DNA of 9,865 bases from Azolla caroliniana (taxonomy: Eukaryota > Plantae > Polypodiophyta): positions 1 to 9,865 of the forward strand of contig JBHGNT010001319.1 of assembly GCA_043228905.1 (NCBI GenBank). The letters are read 5' to 3'. Under the pieces are notes generated by a model, which saw nothing but the letters and a program-made list of their open reading frames with translations, was not told the origin of the DNA and did not search any database. The position numbers and the translations under genes were made by a program. Numbering within the stretch: position 1 is the stretch's first letter; every line of letters begins with the position of its first letter. This document shows positions 1-6,391 of this stretch, piece after piece.

Positions 1-3000
1 CAGAATCGGTCCAAACAATCGGATTCAATAATCGGTATTTGGCATATATATTCGGAAGCGAACCGGGCTCACTCCGACTCGGCAACATTCGGGAAGACCA
101 GTCGGTTCTGTCCCTCAAGTTACCGGAGTCAATTCGAGCAAGTTCAACAATACATATATCCGAAGCCGAACCGACTCGGGTTCAAATCCGACTAGAACGA
201 TACCGGGTGAGCCAACCGGCTGCACTCCAACAAGGTTCGTAGTCAACTCCGAACCGAGCCTCGTCAACCGAAACCAAATTTGATGGCATCAACATCCGGC
301 TCGTCAGAAATGAGTCTACGAAAGTTCGATGGATCGAACTTCAACTTCTGGAAGGAGCAAATGCAGGACTATCTCATAGTCAAGGGGCAAATCGATCCCA
401 TCGAAAATGAAGAACCTCCAGAAGGATACAAACCAATTGAGTGGCAGAAGCTGGACAGAATCGTCCGCGCCACGATTCGGATGCACCTATCGGAATCGGT
501 ATACTTTACGGTGCAATCGTGTACGACAGCATTCGAACTGTGGAAAACACTGTCGGACACCTACGAAAAGAAGGTCGCTGCAACGAAGATGTTTCTGATC
601 CAGCGCCTCTACAACTTGCGGATGAAAGAATCCGATTCGGTTCAAGCACACCTCAATGAGTACGAAAGCATAAGCTCCCAAATCTCGTCACAGGGGACGG
701 CAATCGAGGATGAACTCAGAGCAATGATACTCATGAGCAGCCTTCCCTCATCATGGGAAACTTTCGTCACAACCGTGTGCAACGCGTCAACCACGGCTGT
801 TAAATACTCCGAAGTCACGAGCGCAATCCTGACCGAAGCAGCTCGGAGAAAGTCTTTCGCCAAAGACTCAACAGACGACGCTTACGTATTACAAGGTTCG
901 ACAGACCGATCGAACATACGAGGAAGAGATTCCTCACGGCCGCCGAACAATCAGCGAAGACGGAGCCAGTCACGGGATAATCGAATCTGCAACTATTGCA
1001 AGAAACCCGGACACATCAAAGCCGACTGCCGCGCACTCAAGAACAAGAACGACAAGTCTCAGAGATCAGACAAGAAGAGTGGCCGGCATGAGGAGATCAA
1101 TTACGTCAGCTTCTCAGCTGATGTGCTACCAAACGACCCGAATATACTATCAATCGAAAATCCAGTCGGATCAAAAGTTCTGCTCACGACTGAAGAATCG
1201 AGCACATGGCTCTTAGATTCGGGCGCGTCATTTCACGTGACTCCTCATCGATCCCAATTTCGGCAATATACGATCCGTCACTCCGACTCAGTTCGAGTCG
1301 GTAACTCGCAACACTGTGACATCATTGGAATCGGCACAGTAGAGCTCAACCTTGCAGGTGGCTCTACACTTGTACTTCACAATGTCCGACATGTACCCGA
1401 GCTCTCAAGGCCATTGATCTCAGTCGGACAACTAGATGAAGACGGCATTCGTGCCGGTTTTTCTTCGGGAGGGTGGACACTCCACAGGGGGAACCTCCTG
1501 CTTGCTAGAGGACCCAAGATACACTCACTGTATCCGTTACATGTTACGCTCAGAGAGGGTAACCTGTTTTTGGTGGATATTCCTGTGTCATCACTATGGC
1601 ACAGAAGATTAGGACACCTCAGCAAGGCCGGCATTACGCATCTATCTAGAGCCGGATACATCCCTAAACTCTCCTTCTCCGACCATCAATTCTGCGAGCA
1701 TTGCCAGTATGGCAAACAAGCAGCCGCATCACACCCGACATCAGCACCAAGAGAAACGAGACCTCTCGATTTGGTCCACTCGGACGTCTGTGGCCCAATG
1801 CCGCATCAGTCTCTCGGCGGTGCCTCTTACTTCGTCAGTTTTATTGACGATTCGACTCGAAAGGTGTGGGCTTATCCAATTCGCACCAAAGATCGTGTCT
1901 TCTCGATCTTCTCCGATTGGCTCGCTATGGTAGAAAATCAAACCGACCGAAAACTGAAATGCTTTCGGACCGACAATGGGGGAGAGTTCAAATCAGAAGA
2001 ATTCGTCAAATTCTGCCGACAACGCGGCATCCGACGTGAATTTACGGCACCACACAGTCCGGAGCAAAACGGGATTGCCGAACGCATGAATCGGACAATC
2101 CAAGAACGGATAGTTTCCATGCTCCAACACTCCGGACTGTCAGATGGCTTCTGGGCAGAGGCTCTACTCACGGCAGTACACATAATCAATATGTCGCCAG
2201 GCAGACCTCTAGGACTTCAAATTCCTCAGGAACTATGGATCGGCAGTAAGCCGAATTACGACAAGCTGAGGATCTTCGGATGCGAGGCGTACGCCCTTAT
2301 TCCGAAAGATGATCGCCGAAAACTTGCACCTCGGTCCAGGAAATGCATTTTCCTTGGATATGGATCCGACGGCGAAATGGGATACCGACTCTGGGATCCC
2401 GAACGCAGACAAATCGTCCGAAGTTCGGACGTTGTGTTCAACGAGTCGGCTATGAATCCATCAGTCAAAACACCGATCGAAGTCCGAAGGGTAACATTTT
2501 CCGATGTGCCGACCCTTCAAGAAGACCCCGCTCTTAACACACGGTCAGCTTCACGGGTAGCTGAACCTTACACTACCGACTCGGACAACTCCGACTCGGC
2601 ACAGCAGAATAATTCGCTTTCGGACCATCCGACCTCGATACCCGATGCGACCAGTCCAATCATACCTCGACGATCCGAGAGACTGTCGCAACCTCCGGAG
2701 AGGTATTCTCCTGGAATTTTCTTCACCGACGTCGGCGAACAAACGTCTTACGAAGAAGCATCGACATCTGTCGATTCTGCCACCTGGCATCTGGCGATGG
2801 AGTTGGAAATGCACTCCATTCGGGCAAACAAGACTTGGGATCTGGTCGAATTACCTAGGAACCGACGTGCTCTTCCTTGCAAGTGGGTTTATCGACTAAA
2901 AGAGACGTCTGATTCGACCACCCCAAAGTACAAGGCCAGATTAGTTGCGAAGGGCTTCCGACAAGAATATGGCGTCGACTTCGACGAGATTTTTTCACCA

Positions 3001-3335
3001 GTGGTGAAAATGACAACCCTTCGTTTTCTACTCGGCGTAGTGGCAGCCGACAACTTGGAGCTGATTCAGCTAGATGTCAAAACAGCATTCCTCCATGGTG
3101 ATCTTGAAGAGGAAATTTATATGGAGCAGCCAAAAGGCTTCGTGGTAACTGGCCAAGAACATCTAGTCTGCCGACTCAGGAAGAGTCTATACGGCCTCAA
3201 ACAGGCACCGCGACAATGGTACAAGAAGTTCGACGACTTCATCCAATCGATCGGCTTCTCAAAAAGCGATGAGGACCATTGTCTTTTTACCAACACAGCT
3301 CAAGATGGATCACCCATCTTCCTCATCATTTACGT
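1..3335 (+). mobile_element. Ty1/copia LTR retrotransposon (Tnt1/Tork-like), internal portion; its 5' LTR and PBS lie outside the window; interrupted at 3335/3336 by a gypsy insertion
   Basis: The domain order GAG-PR-IN-RT in one frame is diagnostic of copia. Tnt1-like motifs include GYRLWDP, KARLVAKGF, QLDVKTAFLHG and KSLYGLKQAPRQW. No PBS or TG..CA LTR is visible in 1-282. Confidence 0.95.
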
Positions 3336-3348
3336 TGTCGTAGTGTAG
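283..3348 (+). pseudogene. gag-pol: Copia gag-pol polyprotein, truncated in RT by the nested insertion (RT C-terminus and RNase H absent here)
   Basis: First ATG at 283 (the track start at 280 is TTG). Motifs: GAG N-terminal KFDGSNFNFWK; zinc knuckle CNYCKKPGHIKADC (988-1029); protease WLLDSGAS (D at 1216); IN zinc-binding WHRRLGH...CEHC (1597-1704); IN D (1783), D (1972)-X35-E (2080); RT from about 2770. It reads IIYV then VVV* instead of YVDD, and the last codons and the TAG come from the inserted LTR. Confidence 0.93.
3331..3335 (+). other. Predicted 5-bp target site duplication TACGT (left copy)
   Basis: These are the five bases immediately 5' of the LTR TG. Plant LTR elements usually make 5-bp TSDs. 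The right copy is not visible. Confidence 0.55.
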
Positions 3349-3415
3349 GTTGCACAATATGTGGAAATTATATTTTTGTCCCTCCGGATAGAGAATGGAG
3401 TGCTCGGTGAGAACC

Positions 3416-3607
3416 GGAAGAAAACGGCATACCGGCAAGGAGGAAAACGGCATACCGGCAAGGAGGAAAAACGGCATACCGGCAAGGAGGAAAACGGCAT
3501 ACCGGCAAGGAAGAAAACGGCATACCGGCAAGGAAGAAAAACGGCATACCGGCAAGGAGGAAAACGGCATACCGGCAAGGAAGAAAACGGCATACCGGCA
3601 AGGAAGA
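3416..3607 (+). repeat. Tandem array in LTR U3: 8 full units plus a partial unit of GGA(A/G)GAAAA(A)CGGCATACCGGCAA (23-24 bp)
   Basis: Units start at 3416, 3439, 3462, 3486, 3509, 3532, 3556, 3579 and 3602 (partial). Lengths are 23,23,24,23,23,24,23,23. Confidence 0.97.
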
Positions 3608-3654
3608 GCTGGATAAAGAGACATAAATGTAAAAAGAAAGGAAATACTCACTAC

Positions 3655-3726
3655 TGCGCAGGGCGTGATTCGAACTCTGCACCTCCACGTTGACAAACCC
3701 CAACCTTACCATTACATTAACTTATC
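3655..3726 (-). other. Degenerate tRNA-like cassette with Pol III A and B boxes, antisense within the LTR
   Basis: The minus strand reads GATAAGT TA ATGT AATGGTA AGGT T GGGGT TTGTCAA CGTGG AGGTG CAGAG TTCGAAT CACGC CCTGCGC A. An A-box-like TAATGTAATGG and a B-box GTTCGAATC sit at tRNA spacing in a 72-nt layout. The stems do not pair. TTTTT follows about 20 nt downstream (AAAAA at 3631-3635). Confidence 0.6.
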
Positions 3727-3970
3727 TTAAGTGCTTTAAATATAGATTTAATATGTATAAGACCTTTATTTATGCATACCTTTATTAAAAGGTAAATCGT
3801 GTATTTTTTAATATATGAAAAAGACGAGACACTAAAAAAATAACTCATGCACATCTAGCGTGCATGAGCCCTATACTTAGGAAATAAAAAAAGCATCACA
3901 TGCACATTTAGTGGACATGAACACTTTTTGTAAAAAAAAAAAAAGCATGAAGCCATGCTTAGCTCTTCCT

Positions 3971-3984
3971 TCCTTATATAAGGA
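3971..3984 (+). promoter_or_regulatory. LTR TATA box within the perfect palindrome TCCTTATATAAGGA
   Basis: TATATAA lies at the expected U3 position, about 280 nt upstream of the LTR end. Confidence 0.7.
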
Positions 3985-4263
3985 GGAGAGAAATATGTAA
4001 AGGGTTGTTGATTATTTGGATTAAGTATTAATCAATACAAAAATTATTCGTGGGGATTCACGATTTATACGTCTACTTCTCTCTTAACACCCTAAGTACC
4101 AATTAATATAGTATACTCGTGTGATTCACGAGTTTCTTATCTTTCTCTTTGCTATTTACTCATAATTAATCTCTATCTCACGAACTTCTTTCTCCTAGTC
4201 CAAGACCTCTGTGGTTCCCACCCGACTCACGCAACGATCCGGAGCCGAAAGGCACGACACAGT

Positions 4264-4281
4264 TGGTGAACCCGACGTGAA
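4264..4281 (+). promoter_or_regulatory. Primer binding site complementary to the 3' end of cytosolic tRNA-Trp(CCA)
   Basis: TGGTGAACCCGACGTGAA is the reverse complement of ...TTCACGTCGGGTTCA-CCA, the 3' 18 nt of plant cytosolic tRNA-Trp as I recall it. It directly follows the LTR. Confidence 0.88.
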
Positions 4282-4297
4282 GACGGGTGGCAAGGAG

Positions 4298-6337
4298 ATG
4301 GAGGCTCAACAAGCTAACAATATGATGGCGATGTTCGAACGGATGCTTCAAGAACAACGCACGATGTCGGAGATTTCGGCATCAGTAGAGCGGCTCGTGC
4401 AACGCAACGGGCAATTTAATGGTAAGGATGTGTCGCGATATTTGCAGGACTACAAGGCGGAGATGCTCCGGTGCCGGGCTTCGGAAGGACTGCAAGTGAC
4501 ATCCTTTAACCGGGTGGCGACCGACGGGCTTCAAGGGAGTATCCACGGGTTGCAACAACAAAATCCGACGTGGGAAGCATTCGAAGAGGCGTTAAAGACC
4601 ACGTTTGCCATCGAGGACTCCTCCAAGGCAACGCGGAGGGGATTCGAGGATTGGGTGGAAACGTCAGGTAAGGGGCTGAAGGTCCTCGAAGTGTTTTCGA
4701 CATTCGAAAGTCGGTTCGGGAGGTTGTCCGCGAGAGATCAAACTATTCTTGCACCGGACAAAGTCATCATGTTTTTGCGAGCTGTGGACGTCCGGGACCG
4801 GAAAGATCTCGGAGTGCTTCTTGAGGACACGACCACCGAAAGCGGCCTCACCGAAACATGGGAAAGCGTGCGGGATATCGTCGCGCGGTACACGAAGAGG
4901 GGGCAATGGCTTGCCAACGAAGAAAAGAGGGTTTCGGAACCGATTCTAAAACCGAGAACGGGACTGGAAGACCATCAACCGAGGGCTCGGGAGACTACGG
5001 CCGAGAAGGGAGTCGACGCCTCTACGGTGGAGCAGCTGCTGAAGGAGATGGAGAATCTAAAGATCGCGATGGTGAAGAAGTCGGATGATCGCCCCACAAG
5101 CTCCAAATATACGGATCGACGGTGCATATGGTGCGATAGCGCCGAACACGATCGGAGGGATTGCGACGACCATAAGGAGGCGCTACGACGGGATCTCATC
5201 TACTACGAGGGAAACCGGATTCATTCGATGGACTCTCGGAAGCCACTCCGACCGAACTTCCGGAAAGGCGGCATGAAGAAGGTGCTCGAGGAGGAGTTAG
5301 CGGCAAGAAGCAACTATGCGACAACCGCGGGAATATGTGTCGGGGAGTCAACGGGAGCGAAGGCGTCTTTCTGGCCGGAGGTGCTAGGAAACACCGAGAA
5401 AACCGACTCCAACGATATCCGAAACACCGCGGAAGGCGTCCGGGAAGCTACGGGATGGGAGTGCCCCGTCGACAAGAATAGCATATACGCCCTGTGTCAA
5501 TTACATGAGGTGTATGTGGACGAGAAACGACGGCGCACGGAGGATGCGGCCGGACCATCGAAGATACCGGAAAGCTGGAACTCCGGAGGTAAGGGAAAAG
5601 AAAAGGCGACTCCGGCATTCAAGCTCGCCTCGGACATAGAACAACAAACCGACTTGAAAAGAGTGTTCGAGGAAAGAATCTTGGATAGCCGGGTCGATTT
5701 TTCGCTGCGGGAACTACTCGGAATAGCGAAGAAGGAGTTTCACGATCTTCTCATGGATCTTGTGAAAAGGAAGAGACAAAGTACGGAGGAAAATGCTCCA
5801 AGGGTGAATGCAAATACCGTTTCAATGAACGACACCGAAGTGGAAGGCGAAATTCCGAACTCCCATTATACAAGGCCACACTGGGCACGTGCGACTACGG
5901 AGACTCCGGTCCGAATCGGCAACATCAAAGAACCCGTGCTAGCATTGATTGATCACGGATCGGAGATCAACTTGATGTCCAAGGAGTTCTACCGAAAGGG
6001 GAAGTGGCCTATAAACACCAACCATGGATGGAAGATTCGGGCAGCCACGAAAACGACAGAAGACCTATTTGCGGCTTGTCCGGATGTGACGGTAAAGATC
6101 GGGGATGTCGAAATTGACCAAAATTTCTTTGTGCAGGATGAGGGTTCACATTCTGTCATCCTCGGCCAACCCTTTATCACGGCTTCACGGATGGAGACGA
6201 AGGTGCTCGATAGTGGTGCGGCTTTTGCGCGAATTCGGAGCCAAAACGGAGGGAAATCCGTCCAATTCCTAACGGTGCCGGCAAATCACGAAAGGAACAA
6301 GAGGGAACTCTTGTCCCAAGTGAGAATGGATTTTTAA
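4298..6337 (+). CDS. gag: Gypsy Gag-protease polyprotein (679 aa): capsid-like region, CCHC zinc knuckle, DUF4100-like segment, aspartic protease
   Basis: First ATG after the PBS at 4298 (the track's GTG at 4211 lies inside the LTR). Motifs: CIWCDSAEHDRRDC (5123-5164); FKLASDIE...SLRELLGIAKKEFHD (about 5620-5750, resembling DUF4100 from memory); protease ALIDHGSEINLM (DHG 5951-5959) and ILGQPF (6158-6175). Stop TAA at 6335-6337. Confidence 0.9.
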   Translation: MEAQQANNMMAMFERMLQEQRTMSEISASVERLVQRNGQFNGKDVSRYLQDYKAEMLRCRASEGLQVTSFNRVATDGLQGSIHGLQQQNPTWEAFEEALKTTFAIEDSSKATRRGFEDWVETSGKGLKVLEVFSTFESRFGRLSARDQTILAPDKVIMFLRAVDVRDRKDLGVLLEDTTTESGLTETWESVRDIVARYTKRGQWLANEEKRVSEPILKPRTGLEDHQPRARETTAEKGVDASTVEQLLKEMENLKIAMVKKSDDRPTSSKYTDRRCIWCDSAEHDRRDCDDHKEALRRDLIYYEGNRIHSMDSRKPLRPNFRKGGMKKVLEEELAARSNYATTAGICVGESTGAKASFWPEVLGNTEKTDSNDIRNTAEGVREATGWECPVDKNSIYALCQLHEVYVDEKRRRTEDAAGPSKIPESWNSGGKGKEKATPAFKLASDIEQQTDLKRVFEERILDSRVDFSLRELLGIAKKEFHDLLMDLVKRKRQSTEENAPRVNANTVSMNDTEVEGEIPNSHYTRPHWARATTETPVRIGNIKEPVLALIDHGSEINLMSKEFYRKGKWPINTNHGWKIRAATKTTEDLFAACPDVTVKIGDVEIDQNFFVQDEGSHSVILGQPFITASRMETKVLDSGAAFARIRSQNGGKSVQFLTVPANHERNKRELLSQVRMDF

Positions 6338-6391
6338 AGCGGACTGTTGCGGAGTGGGGAAGTGATAGTCCGAGAAGCCCTGATACCCCAC
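6328..6391 (+). promoter_or_regulatory. -1 programmed ribosomal frameshift signal: G_GAU_UUU slippery heptamer, 5-nt spacer, H-type pseudoknot
   Basis: The heptamer at 6328-6334 is in the Gag frame, immediately before TAA. Stem 1 pairs CGGACUGUUGC (6340-6350) with GUGAUAGUCCG (6362-6372). Stem 2 pairs GUGGGG (6354-6359) with CCCCAC (6386-6391). Confidence 0.8.

Larger units (their letters stand above)
3336..4259 (+). repeat. 5' LTR of the gypsy element (924 bp)
   Basis: Begins TGTCGT (3336-3341) exactly where copia homology breaks and ends ACGACA (4254-4259), a perfect 6-bp terminal inverted repeat, 4 nt before the PBS. It is AT-rich and contains a TATA box. An alternative CA end lies at 4261. 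The second LTR is not in the window. Confidence 0.85.

Noticed and set aside
39-242. 67-aa upstream ORF
   Set aside because: It starts at TTG, has no recognisable motif, and lies in the repetitive copia leader.
3416-3607. CRISPR array
   Set aside because: The units are head-to-tail with no unique spacers, no cas genes are present, and the context is a eukaryotic LTR.
3310-3712. Five overlapping ORFs with repetitive peptides on both strands
   Set aside because: They are by-products of a stop-free tandem repeat inside the LTR and have no protein-like features.
3655-3726. Functional tRNA gene (GTC at the anticodon position would suggest Asp)
   Set aside because: The acceptor, anticodon and T stems do not base-pair. 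It is kept only as a tRNA-like or Pol III-box element.
3932-3944. A13 tract as the poly(A) tail of a SINE or LINE insertion
   Set aside because: It is on the wrong side and strand relative to the tRNA-like head, no flanking TSD is seen, and it is one of several A-tracts in the promoter region.
4211-4297. GTG start for the 708-aa ORF
   Set aside because: It lies within the LTR and spans the PBS. In a eukaryote the ATG at 4298 is the more plausible start.
6333-6339. T_TTA_AAG as the slippery heptamer
   Set aside because: Its codon phase is the pol frame, not the Gag frame, and Gag ribosomes meet TAA at 6335. G_GAT_TTT has the correct phase.
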